Shown piece by piece: positions 11,979-23,157 of a DNA stretch of 64,000 nucleotides. How positions within the stretch are numbered: position 1 is the first letter of the stretch; each line of letters opens with the position of its first letter. The position numbers and the translations under genes are program-made. This DNA is from Callorhinchus milii (taxonomy: Eukaryota): assembly GCF_018977255.1 (NCBI RefSeq), contig NW_024704742.1, forward strand, positions 32,118,001-32,182,000, read 5' to 3'. The notes beneath the pieces were generated by a model. It was given only the letters and a program-made list of their open reading frames with translations. It did no database searches and had not been told where the DNA came from.

Positions 11979-12818
11979 TCACTGCGCAAGGGACGCTGCC
12001 TCCTGTTGGGCCTCTTTATATTGGGTGTTCCATGTTTTGGGGTCTTGGTTGTCATGCATCTTTGCCACAAACTCCAGCACTTTCATCTTGGAGGTCTCTC
12101 TGAAAGCTCGGGCGCCCCAGCGGAATTCATACTCCACCGGATCCGTGTGAGCCACTCGGCAGTACTCCAGGTACCGCTGCCGGACGAACTCCTCCGTGAC
12201 CAGTTTCTTCACGTCGCCGAAATCGTCGTGCCTCTCCGCGGGGTCGACCCGCAGCCTCTTCAGCGCGTGCCAAAGCAGGGAGTCCTTCACCGCGTTGCCC
12301 TTCATGAAGATGATGGAGAGGATCACCAGCAGCAGGCCCGTCTTCGGGGTGGCGGGGCCCCAGTTCATGCGGTCGCCCTCCCGCCTCGGCAGCCGGTTCA
12401 CCAGAATGTAGGCGTGGTTCTTCGTGTCGATCTCCACCAGCTCCATCCCGAAAACCTGCCGGAAGGTCCGGGCGGTCCGCCGGATGATCTCCGAGTAGAT
12501 GGACCTGTACTCCTTCAGCACGTTCTTCGTGATGTCCTTGCGCTTGACCGGCACTTTCCGCTGCTCCATGATCAGCACGTACTGGACCACCTCGCTCACC
12601 TTCCGGTCGACCACGGCGGCCGGGGTCAGTTTGGACAGGTGGCGCTGAACCTGCGAGGCGGTCGGAGTCTGGGAGCGGCTGCTGCTGCTGCTGCTGCCGC
12701 CGGCGGCCGCGGCCACGGCCTCCTCCTCCTCCTCGTCGTCGTCGTCCTCCGGGTCCAGCTCTTCAGCCTGCAGGCTCGGCCGGCCGGCGTGGCGGAGCGA
12801 GGCGCTCGCCCGCGGCAT
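11979..12818 (-). CDS. NSMCE3: Single-exon MAGE-homology-domain protein, NSMCE3 (NSE3/MAGEG1/necdin-like 2)-like SMC5/6 subunit, 279 aa
   Basis: Uninterrupted ORF with both MAGE winged-helix halves: VVQYVLIMEQRKVPVKRKDI, VFGMELVEID, PKTGLLLVILSIIFMKGN, LWHALKRL, HDDFGDVKKLVTEEFVRQRYLEY, YEFRWGARAFRETSKMKVLEFVAK. Acidic, poly-Ala and poly-Ser N-terminus; A at -3 of the ATG. The MAGE family call is firm; NSMCE3 orthology is inferred from the single-MAGE state of non-mammalian vertebrates. Confidence 0.92.
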   Translation of the reverse strand: MPRASASLRHAGRPSLQAEELDPEDDDDEEEEEAVAAAAGGSSSSSSRSQTPTASQVQRHLSKLTPAAVVDRKVSEVVQYVLIMEQRKVPVKRKDITKNVLKEYRSIYSEIIRRTARTFRQVFGMELVEIDTKNHAYILVNRLPRREGDRMNWGPATPKTGLLLVILSIIFMKGNAVKDSLLWHALKRLRVDPAERHDDFGDVKKLVTEEFVRQRYLEYCRVAHTDPVEYEFRWGARAFRETSKMKVLEFVAKMHDNQDPKTWNTQYKEAQQEAASLAQ

Positions 12819-13040
12819 CGTCAGCGGGGGGGAGGAAAAGCGAAGCCTGGCTCCGCTAGGCCCTGCCGCGCAGCCGCAGTGCTGGCTCGCCAGCAGCGCC
12901 GCCGGCGGTTGGATGCGCGCGCAGGTTCCGCCCGCGCGGCGCGGCGCGGCTGGGGGGGGGGGGGGGCGGGGCTGACGTCCTGACGTACTTCAGGTCCTTT
13001 TGGTCGCAGCCACAGAACGGGCACTACAGGCTCGAGAGGG
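12819..13040 (-). promoter_or_regulatory. GC-rich promoter / 5' UTR of the nested NSMCE3 gene
   Basis: Very CpG-rich. Palindromic TGCGCGCGCA (12914-12923, NRF1-like), G-tract plus GGGGCGGGGC GC box (~12952-12972), two TGACGT CRE half-sites (~12973-12987). Ends abruptly at an (AAT)n tract. Confidence 0.7.
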
Positions 13041-13044
13041 GCTG

Positions 13045-13272
13045 AATAATAATAATCATAATAATCATAACAATAATCATAATAATAATCATAACAATAA
13101 TCATAATAATAATAATCATAATAATAACCATAATAATAACCATAATAATCATAATCACAATAATCATAATAATAATCATAATAATAATCATAATAATAAT
13201 CATAATAATAATCATAACAATCATAATAATCACAATAATAATCATAATCATCATAATAATAATAATAATAAT
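13045..13272. repeat. Interrupted (AAT/CAT/AAC)n trinucleotide microsatellite, expanded SINE tail
   Basis: Directly visible and continuous with the (ATT)n tail of the adjacent minus-strand SINE. Confidence 0.95.
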
Positions 13273-13584
13273 ATTAATCTTTGCATTTGATATAGCGCTT
13301 TTCACGTCGGGAGGACGTCCTGAAGCGCTTCACAGAACACACTGTAAAGTGAATTGACTGTATATTTGTGGGCGAACGCGGCGGCCAATTGCGCACAGCA
13401 ATGTCCCACAAACAGTCGTAGATTGAAAATGACCAATTTATTATTGTTTTTGGTTTTGGAGGTATTATTATTAGGCTCTGTGTGGAGTAAGGAAACTTGC
13501 CCAAGGTTTCGCCCTCTGCCTGGAATTGAACTCGGGTCTCTCACTTGCAAAGCGAGTGCTCTAACCACTGAGCTACAGGACTCC
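13273..13584 (-). mobile_element. tRNA-derived SINE, short young subfamily, full length
   Basis: Near-identical to the 5512 copy; tail expanded into the adjacent microsatellite. Confidence 0.9.
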
Positions 13585-14319
13585 AGAATGGCCCTACATA
13601 TTGTTCCTAATGCTACTCCTAATACCTCTCTGTGCGCATCTTTCTTTTAAACTATTACTTAATAATAATAGTAAGATTCATTTGGTCATTTCAATCCACG
13701 CCTGTTTGTGTGGGGTGGGGTGGTGGGTGGGGGGGAAAACGCAATTGGCTGCCGCGTTTCGCCCGCAAAATACACGGTCCAATCCACTTTGCAGTCTATT
13801 CTGGGAAGCGCTTTGGGACGTCTCGAAGACGCGATGAGGCGCTATATCAAATGCAAGGATCATTGTTATCGATTCCCGTCTCTTCAGCGTTCTGTATGAA
13901 AAATATTTTGTGACCTCAGTTATGACCATCTTAGTTCTGAATTTAAGCATTTCCCCCCCCATGTACCTGACCCCTCTACCAAAGGGTATAGTAGTTCACT
14001 ATATAACCTTTCAAATTCTTTATTGTTTTAAATGCCTCAATCAAATTTGAGTTAGTATGCCTGACAGACTTTTAATTCACAATTCCGAGGAGCATTCGGG
14101 TTTGTCTAAATCGTATTTATATGCTACAGTAAATCTTTGTCAGACACATCTGTCACCAAACCCTGGTTAGCTTTGGTTTACCTCCATCTGTATTATCTTC
14201 ATTCAAATAAACACATTTTCTCTTTCAACGTTATATTCAGTGTTCTACGGGAAACTGAGAAACCCAGTGTTGTAATTGGAAATAGTTACACTGTTTTATT
14301 GAATTTACCCCCTTGTTTA

Positions 14320-14603
14320 GAAGCAGAGCACAAGGCATGCGATTCAGGAGGGGGATAAATTCAAAACGAATCTGCGGTAACACTATTTGTGTTCAATGTA
14401 TGGAACAGGCTCCCTAGGGAGACGGTGGAGGCAGAAAGTGTTAATTCTTTCAACAGCAAATTAGATTTATTTTAGGAAATAATATCGTGGGATACAGTAT
14501 ATAGTTTGGGACGTGACACGTGCATGTGACTGCCAGGATGGTGGAAGGCGAACTGGATGGACCTTGTTTTTCTTTCGTGTAGCAATTCTTATGTTCTTAT
14601 GTT
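14320..14603 (+). mobile_element. CR1-clade LINE 3' end
   Basis: WNRLP..VEA.SVNSF-type remnant ending in TTCTTATGTTCTTATGTT. Other CR1 remnants at ~9220-9370, ~34310-34590, ~46350-46562, ~51215-51500, ~55665-55850 and ~61085-61145. Confidence 0.7.
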
Positions 14604-14770
14604 GGGGATTTGACCTATCCCAAAATGGACAACATTGGAATGGAAATAGTGCCTCTCCAATCCAATTTGTATGATGATCTTGCTGTTTGGAAGGTGGTTG
14701 TGTGCTCAGGATTGAGATGAAAATATCCATGTAAATTAATTGTACCTTTCCATTTTTGTTTTCCATGCAG

Positions 14771-15438
14771 AAAAGCTTCGCTGGCCAGAGGTAGAGCTCA
14801 CCAAGAAGTCCATACTGCTGAATCCTACTGGAAAAGAATATACAAGCCAAACTGGGTTCCAAGAAGTTTCAGTCAGTATTCTCAAAGAAATCTTCAATGG
14901 AACCAATGGCTACAATGTTTTATTGCACTCAAAAGGAGAGAAAAAACACTTGTCCTCCAGCCTTCATAAGAAGCATAGGAAATCCAGCAAGCCATCAGCT
15001 GTCTTGCGGAGTAAAGAACGCCGAGCCCCCAGCGCCCCTCTTCCATTGGTGGGCAAGGAGTGGTACCTTGGTAACCGGTGCACTCCCCTGATTGTGGGAA
15101 GTCTAGTTTCCAGCACTATGAAATTCCCTTGCAGCATATCTGTAATAGGAAGTGGCATTGGGCTGTCCCAGAGACCTAAAAGCAAGATAAAAAGGCTGTA
15201 TTTTACAAGTCTGCAGAAGTCCAAGCCCACGGTCGGCCACGTTCAAGTGAGGGACAGCGAAGGCTCTGTTCGTCGGCAGTGCATACTGAGTGCCATCAAA
15301 CCTTCAAACGTGGAAAAGGAACGGATCAAATTTTTTAAGTCTGACTTCACCTACAATCCTCAGTTTGAGTATGCTAATCCTGTTTCACCCCACGTGTTGG
15401 CAAGGCACAGTAATGCTTCCGATACATTTCTTATTCAG
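14771..15438 (+). CDS. MATCAP2: MATCAP2 coding exon 2
   Basis: Acceptor ttttccatgcag|AA AAG CTT CGC TGG CCA GAG (E-KLRWPE). Contains CILSAIKPSNVEKERIKFFKSDFTYNPQFEYANP. Donor CAG|GTACAG. 668 nt. Confidence 0.96.
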
Positions 15439-17179
15439 GTACAGCAATGTTTGATTGAATGGGTTTTAAAAAAATGTTGTAGTTATTGATTTGTATGAAA
15501 TTGCTGTTAAAGCAAAATTTATTTTATTGAGTTCTGAAATGCAGAATTCTATTTAATGACTGTAAATTTTAATTTAAACATATGGGTGGAAAAATCTGAC
15601 AATTTATTACAGATTTGATAAACATTTATTCCCAGCAATTACCTGTGTTGGCGATCCTCCTCTTCCTCTCCGCTCCCCCACCCGCCCCCCAAAAAAAAAT
15701 CCTTGCCAGCAGGACCCAGTCATGAATAGATGACAAAATACAATGCTTCTTAAGTGACAAAGAAATGTAGTGCAAGGGAAAAATACGTTCAACAGGTAAC
15801 TTTTTTTTTAAAAAAGCATGGGGTTAAATCTGGATTTGGAGTTGTTATCCTTGAAAAAGTCATCAAATGATGGTGTAGTGAACAGTGCTTCTAAAATGGC
15901 TCACTCTCAGTGAGGCTGATGTAGCCCCAAATTAACTATCAACTATTAAAGTATAGTTGGATTTGCACTGAAGAGAATCTAAATAATGTATAAAGAATAA
16001 AGTATACTTTAATAGTTGTACTTAAATTTATGTTAAGATCTTTTAAGTTATGAAAAATAATTTGTTGTAGTTGTTGTATTCTGTGATGTGGCATTATACT
16101 GTGACTTCCTGAGTGGACTGGAGTAGGACAGATGTTTTATGCGATGTCCTGGCCAACAATGTCACTCACTCCATGTCTGTTTTTTGGGTCATTGCTATGA
16201 GCAACTGGCTGCTTGCTGCATTTCGCCCACAAAATTCACAATCAATCCACTTTGCAGGATATCCTGTGAAGCATTTTGAGATGTCTCAATGACATGATTG
16301 TAGTAATAATCCTTGCATTTGATATAGCACTTTTCAGGTCTTCTGGACATCTCAAAGCGCTTCACAGAATATAGTGTAAAGTTAATTGACTGTATATTTG
16401 CGGGCAAAAATACAGGCGCTATATCAAATGCAAGGATTATTATTAATAAAGTGGATCTAACCATTACAAAAAGTAAAATATTGGATGCTTCAGGATCACA
16501 CAGTGTGGATAACAGTCCAAATGGTGCTTAATTCGATGTTCACTGAAAAGTCTTGCTTACCCTTCCACCTGGTGTGACCTGGGACTTGCGCCAATTACTT
16601 GTTATAATTAACAAGCTATAAGTAACTAAGATGCCAATTTGCATTATATCTCTTGGCAAGACTGACATAATGATGGTAAGTATCTGTTTTCTGTTAACAG
16701 GAACAAGAAAAGGAGAAGTATTTTTGAATGGTCTTGGTTGTTCATTTTCTTAAACGCATCTCTCTCTCTCTCTCTCTCTCTCTTTTCCTCTCCGCCTTAA
16801 TCACGGTGAAGCTTTTTCAGCAGAGGTCAGTAAAAATCAGTAGTGCAAGCAAATCAAAATACGAATGGGAAAGTACCAGAAAAAAATACCAAAGAGAGCA
16901 AACATAGTTTGTTAGCATGTTCAAGACCTTATAAGTCACTCAACCATCACACTACAATTGACACTATCTTCCTAAATTCTGGGATCATTTCAATTGAAAT
17001 AAACTGAAACTGGAAAAATAACTTGCTTCTAGTATTCTTCCCCCTCAACTTTTCATTGTTAATAATGACAATTCATTCTTATAATATCCTTTGTATTAGT
17101 TAGGACATATTGTTTTGGACACCACTAACCTAGGACATATCGTTTTTGCCACCTCTATTTACTAACTGTGAATGGTTGA

Positions 17180-17527
17180 ATAATAAGCCTTGCACTTGAT
17201 ATAGCGTCTTCAAGATGTCTCAAAGCTCTTTGTAGAATATACTGGAAAGTGAATTGACTGTATATTTTGTGGGTGAAACATGGCAGCCAATTGCACACAG
17301 CAGTGTCCCACAAACAGTCGTGAATTGAGCGACCAATTTTTTTTAAAGGGATTGTTACTCCCGGGAAAGCGATCCGACAATTGACTAACAACCGGGTTCC
17401 TACTTACTGCTAGGTAAACAGAGGCAAGAGGAGTAAGGAAACTTGCCCAATGTTTCGCCCTGCCGGGAATCAAGCCCAGGTCTCGCTTGCAAGGCGAGCG
17501 ATCTAACCAATACGCTACAGGATTCCA
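17180..17527 (-). mobile_element. tRNA-derived SINE, long subfamily
   Basis: Head, central segment and tail are all recognisable. Confidence 0.85.
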
Positions 17528-17834
17528 CATTATCATGAACTGCTCAAATTATCCTGTCCAGATGTGAACACATTGTTTAGTCAACAATCTCTTTTAATTT
17601 GCTTCTCTCCAAAGTTTTGAACTAATAAATCGATAAGCCACACATTTCTTTAACTCTCACTTGAATTATCTTGTAACCACTTTATCCACTTTGAGTCAAT
17701 GATTAAAGAATAATTTTTTTCCACAGCTAAATAAATTATTAAATATAAATACTTCTATTTCAGTCTTAGTAGCGCGTGAATTAATTCTGTTGTCATTACA
17801 CCATCAATTATTAAATTGATTCATTCAGTAGTGA

Positions 17835-18570
17835 GCTAATTGGACAGTAGTAGTGACATCTGACAAGCATAGATTTGAGCCCTCACTAGATGGATAGCAG
17901 GTACCAGGAATTCCCTGCGAGCTTCCTGGTGGACAACACAATTCAGCATGAAATGGGTGAGAGTATTGCCAGTATCTTCCTGTCTACAGATTGGACATAA
18001 ATCCCTTCTGATGAGTGATGGTTTCACCCTTTGGAGGTGCGTTATTTCTCTGCAAACCAATTGGGGTTGATTCCAGGGCCTGGGTGTATGAACGTGTTCA
18101 TGAACTCAGACTCCAAGTAACGCCTTCCAGCACCTGTCACCCCAAGCCTCAGAGTTTCCTCATCAGCATGGTGGGAGGACCTTTACAGCATAGCTTGTGA
18201 TATTCCAGCCATCTTATGTTCTCAAGGTCCAAGTTCATTGGCACGTTCCAGGCTTACTCAAGACCAGCTGCTTAATCCAGGTCCTTGTGTGAGGGGCTTT
18301 GGCAAATAGACGTGCCTGCTGTGAAGTGTTATAGGTCAGTGTAGGCCAGTGTCCTTTCTGTGTTTGCCACAAATCCACCTCATGTTTGTTGCAAATGGGC
18401 CAGAGTTATCCTCTCCACTGCATCCCCAGGAGCTCAGAACCATAAAGAAGAACTATTTACACACAGGTCTTGTATGCCACAAGCTTGACCTGGATTGGGA
18501 CCTTGCTGTCCGTGAATAGACAATCACGATCAGACTGCCCTTCGCCCTTTCTCCTCACAATCCTTCACGA
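17835..18570 (-). mobile_element. Degenerate ORF2 3' end of an RTE-group (RTEX-like) LINE
   Basis: Minus-strand translation KLVAYKTCV*IVLLYGSE (RT thumb-type motif) and a C-terminal CPIC-x10-H-x4-C zinc knuckle. The clade assignment is inferred. Confidence 0.6.
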
Positions 18571-19031
18571 CAACCTTTGAGTAAGTGTACACTTTATAAT
18601 GGAATTTTATGTCAATAATTCACACCACTAAAAATCTGTGAATTTACAAAAAGTAAGATTACCCCCACCGTCCCCATGCAGAATTTTGACCAGCAGAACC
18701 ATCACTTGTCGCTGTTTATTCACTTGTTGTGAATTGCAGAACAGTGTTATTATAAGCTGACTGCCTCTACCCAGAAATTGATGGATTTAATTGAGCAACT
18801 CTTTAAAAATGCTTATCGTTATTCTTGCAAAATCCTCATTTTTTTTCAAACTGTTCATCTGTATAGTGGATCACTGCATTTATTGATATTTCTGAACTAA
18901 TTAGAGAACTGTACAACAGCACTACCACCACGGCTACTGTGCAAAGTGAAAAAATATCGTTATTTGCAATCATTAATTGTTGAAGTTTACAAGGTCCACC
19001 TTACTATGCACATCAGTAATATAAAGTTTTT

Positions 19032-19310
19032 GAACATAGGAATTAGGAGCAAGAGTAGGCCATTCGGCCCCTCGAGCCTGCCCCGCCATTCAATAAGATC
19101 ATGACTGATCTTCTAATGTAACTCCATGCCCGCCTTATCCCCATATCCGTTAGTCCCTCTATCCTTTAGAAACCTATCAATCTCAGTCTTGAATATGTTC
19201 AAGGACGGAGCATCCACAGCCTTTGGGGGTAGAGAATTCCATAAATTCACTACCCTCTTGAGTGAAGAAGTGTTTCCTCAACTCTTCGAAAGGGCTGTCC
19301 CTTAAGACTG
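19032..19310 (-). mobile_element. CR1-clade LINE 3' end
   Basis: AACATAGGAATTAGGAGCAAGAGTAGGCCATTCGGCCCCTCGAGCCTG, a typical chondrichthyan CR1 tail. An adjacent + strand CR1 piece lies at ~19395-19580. Confidence 0.75.
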
Positions 19311-22079
19311 TGATCACTATATATATTTTTCCTATCCTTTGTGTATTGCAATAGCATTTCTATAGACAAAACAGTAGTCAATGTAGAGTTTGTCTAAAAC
19401 TGTAAATGATCTGTCATATTTCGACAGAGCAACCATTTCCTCTGGTGGGGGAATCCAAAACAAGGGAAGCATCATCTTAAAATTAGAGCTAGGCCATTTA
19501 GGAGTGAAATCAGGAGGCATTTTTTCACCCAAAGTGTAGTGGAAATCTGGAACTCTCTCCCCCAAAAGGTTGTGGATACCTATTCACCCTGCCATTTGCG
19601 TATCTCTTGGATCTTCTACCTTTAAGTCCTGCCTCAAATCCTACCTCTTTCAACATGTTCAAGGTTACTTCTGACACGGGTCACAGAGCCTCTATTTCCA
19701 ACCTATTCTGATTTGTAAACATCAGCTATAAAATTATACAGTTTAAAAAATGTTATGAAAGGAGTGCAATTATCTTTTAAACTTATCCGGATCTTTGATG
19801 CTTGAAGAAATCTGAAGTGTAATATATTAGGTTTGTCGTGTAAATTTTCTCGTGTAATGTTGGTCATCAAGTGCAAAGGAAAGCTTGCAAGGTCAGATAT
19901 TTAATGTTTCAAACTCTGAAGCATTGCTAATGTGGAAAAGTGATGGATATCATGATCAAAATTTCGACTTGTATTGAGCTGGTAAGAAGGCCGAACCTGG
20001 TTCATAAAAGGGAAAAAAATATTGTATCTGTAGTTTAACATTAATAAATAACTTGCAGCTTGCCTAGAGAATAGAGGAGGCTTTTGCAGTCTGAAAGTCT
20101 ATAATTGCTCATCAAATGCAATTAGATGCAGTTGGAAGCCTGGTGCTTTTTAACGTCCATGAGGAACGCTACAGAATGACGGACCACAATAAGTTTGTAC
20201 AGAAATGACAGCTAAGAATTGAGTGCTTCAGAAAATGAACACAAAGGGATTAATAGGTTAGCTGGCAGGAATCTGGGACATGCATTTCCTTAATAGCAAT
20301 GGTGTAGTGTAATAGTAAATAATTAAATACCACGTTGGGAACTGAATAACAGTCCCAGCAGACAGTAATGAATTCTGTCTCTTGGCCAAGTAGGGAAATA
20401 CTGCATTTAATTAAAGGAATTAGACATTTTTACAATGGTGGAAGGGATTGAGGGTTATTAGTGTAAGATGGTGTTTCAAAATGAGACCACCTGGATTAAT
20501 GGTAATGATATTTTCCAACCATGAACAGTCTTGTGTTCCTACAACATTTATTTTATGTGACCTTGGTATTGCATTTCTTCTGGGTGAAACCTGATGTGTG
20601 AAGAGACTGGCAGCTGGAAATGTGAAGTGCTTTTTACAGAGACTTTTTTTTAAAAAGCCTTGCATGGAGATGGCATTGCATTTCTATTTCACATTGATTT
20701 TATTAATTGCTAATTATTTCACTACAACAGAGTGTATTTAAAGGGTGGATCCAATAGGTTTTCAAAATATGACTGATTTTGATTGCTTAAATTGAGAATG
20801 ATTGATTGATTGGTTAGTTAGCTAGATAGATAGTTAGTAACAAGAAAATGTAAATTGGTTTTCGGAAGAAAAGAGTTTAGAAGACACACCCAATATCAAG
20901 ACAAAGGGTTGTGGACCCGAAACATTGACTCACTTTCCTTTCTTCCATAGATGCTGCCTGACCTTCTGAATGTTCCCAGCGACTTCTGTTTTTGTTTCAT
21001 ATTTTCGCAGAAGGCTGTTGACATATGAAATGTCTTACACAAAATAACTCAAGCCGGATCAATGAGGGCCATTAAGAGAAAAACTGGACAGGAAGTAATA
21101 TTAAATGGTTTAGGCAAAATTGAGGGTAATTCAGAGCAGATAGCCCCAGTGAGGAGCTCTGACACGAGTGGCAAAATCTTTTTTTGTGCTGTAAACGTTC
21201 TTTGATTCTATTGTCAACATTTAAACAAAACCTCCTGGGGAAAGGTGTGCACAAAGAAAATAGATAGAATGAGGAATAGAATAACAAAAATTTAGAAAAA
21301 AGGAAATCATCGCTAAGAAGGCTACTTCACTATGACTAGAAATGGCAGATCTCGTGTTTGTTTCTTTTCAAATTCATCACTAGATGGCGTTTTATTTTCA
21401 ATATGTACAGTATGAACATCCATTTTTCCGTGATCCAGTAAAATACTGCAAATGATTTTAGTTTTTTAAAAAAAGGTGGATTTGTTGTGTGTGACTTGCA
21501 TAATATTGTCTCAATGGTCTTTTCCTTTCATTGTGTCCAGTAAAAGAGATGTTACGCTGGGAATAAATAGTTTGAATGTGGAAGAGCAACTCCTGATCCT
21601 CTTGAATTGGAATGATCAGGTATCATTTTCACTAAAAGATCCTTTTACAGTGCAACTGACCTGGAAGAAATCAACAGCTACTGCAAAAAGAGTTCAAAAA
21701 CAATTCAACGAAGATAACAACCCTCAATGCACTTTTTGTAAAACTGTTGATAAATGATCTGTTAAGAGTTTCGTTGTGTAGCTCTGATTGTAAGTTGTTA
21801 AATTTGTGAAGTTTTGCTGCTCTTATGTCAGGCCTGAACATGTCCATGTACTGTTCCTGATAAATCTGGTCCCAGTGGGGGCTGGTTTAGGACATCAGAG
21901 CCCCACATTTCTCATGCTCTTTACCTTAAGCCTAAAATGGTGAGGTTTTCAGGCCTCAGTTTTCAAATTCCAGACTGAACCTGCTGTATTACACAGTGTC
22001 AAAATATTCAATCTTCTAGGAGACAAATTAAATTTCAAGCAAGGCGTGAGAAGTCTACTATTGCCCAAGCTTACCATTG

Positions 22080-22890
22080 TTTTTTTGGTCAGCCGGGTGT
22101 CTGATGCATGCGGAAACCCATCACCATGCTTAAGTGTATCCAAACCAAACTGAGATTTCCATGCTTCCCACCTACACATATAAATCCCAGAGACATTATT
22201 GGAATGGAATGTGCACTCTCTCCCTGGAGGGACACATCCTGCTTATCTAATTTCAGAAAGCATTAGGCGCAGATTGGCAAGAGCCTTTGGACCCCAGAGT
22301 GTGTGTTAGGGTACTGCTGGAGTCTAACCAGCTAAAACCGCATAGCTTGTCATTAATATTGCTGTCCGGCATGCATTCCCGCTGCTTGTCCAACTGGGAC
22401 CACCCTACTTATTAGGGCTTTGGCTTGCAGGGTTAACAGGAGCTGAATGGTATGGCTCCCTGCCCCCAGTAACTAGTCTGCCCTTCCAGGTCCTGCCAAT
22501 GAGCCAGGTTGGCTGTGTTGTCATCAGCAGTGCCCTGGACTACTGCGGACCCGCCTGGCTCAGGAACCAGACTACGGACGCATCCTGCAGACTACAGACC
22601 ACCACATAAGGCTGGTTCGATTCTGACATTCCACGGCCAGGCATGTCACCTTGCAGCCAGTTCAGTTCCAAGGAGACCCTGCTTACCTCCCCCACTGCGC
22701 CCCCCCCCCCCCCCATGGATAGTCACTAGTTGGTTCGACATCCGACAAGAGCAGGTTTGAGCCCTCACTAGGTGGATGGTAGGTACAGTGATCTCCCTGC
22801 AAGCTTTACGGTGGGTAAACGTATCTCAGCATGAAATGGGTGATAGCATTGCCACTATCTTCCTGTCCGCAGCTCAGGCACACATCCCTT
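22080..22890 (-). mobile_element. Same LINE family: ORF2 end + ~650-nt 3' UTR + poly(A)
   Basis: 22730-22890 aligns to 17840-18010. The remainder recurs at ~3165-3640 (-), ~6195-6755 (+, split by a SINE piece), ~28226-28645 (-) and ~43005-43435 (+, ending GGCTGACTC-A9). Confidence 0.75.
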
Positions 22891-23013
22891 CCCATTCTCA
22901 TTTGTCTTTGCTTCAAAAGTAGGATATACCAATATCTGTTTTAAGGGCAATTTTTTTTTGTAAGCTTCCTGTTTTATATTTAATTGCATTTGGTCTTTTT
23001 TTCCCCTTCTTAG

Positions 23014-23157
23014 GCTGTGAGGATAATGAAGAGGGCACTCCGGAAATACGGCAGCTATGAGAAATTTGAACAAGTGACAGGAGGCAGTCTACTATCCAAG
23101 AGCCGTATCTGGTATTTTGTGAAGAAATACATGGAAAAGGAGGACTGTCTGGGTGAC
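23014..23157 (+). CDS. MATCAP2: MATCAP2 coding exon 3
   Basis: Polypyrimidine tract + tag| then AVRIMKRALRKYGSYEKFEQVTGGSLLSKSRIWYFVKKYMEKEDCLGD |GTAAGC. 144 nt, phase 0-0. Confidence 0.96.

Noticed and set aside
11898..12983. 361-aa + strand ORF overlapping NSMCE3
   Set aside because: Antisense shadow of a GC-rich coding sequence; non-ATG start and no recognisable domain.
13000..13305. Poly-Asn/His and poly-Ile/Met ORFs
   Set aside because: Translations of the (AAT)n microsatellite grown from a SINE tail.
22094..22125. CTGATGCATGCGGAAAC as a hammerhead core
   Set aside because: Lacks the GA of CUGANGA, other copies read CTGACAC/CTGATAC, and it is antisense to the LINE UTR in which it lies.
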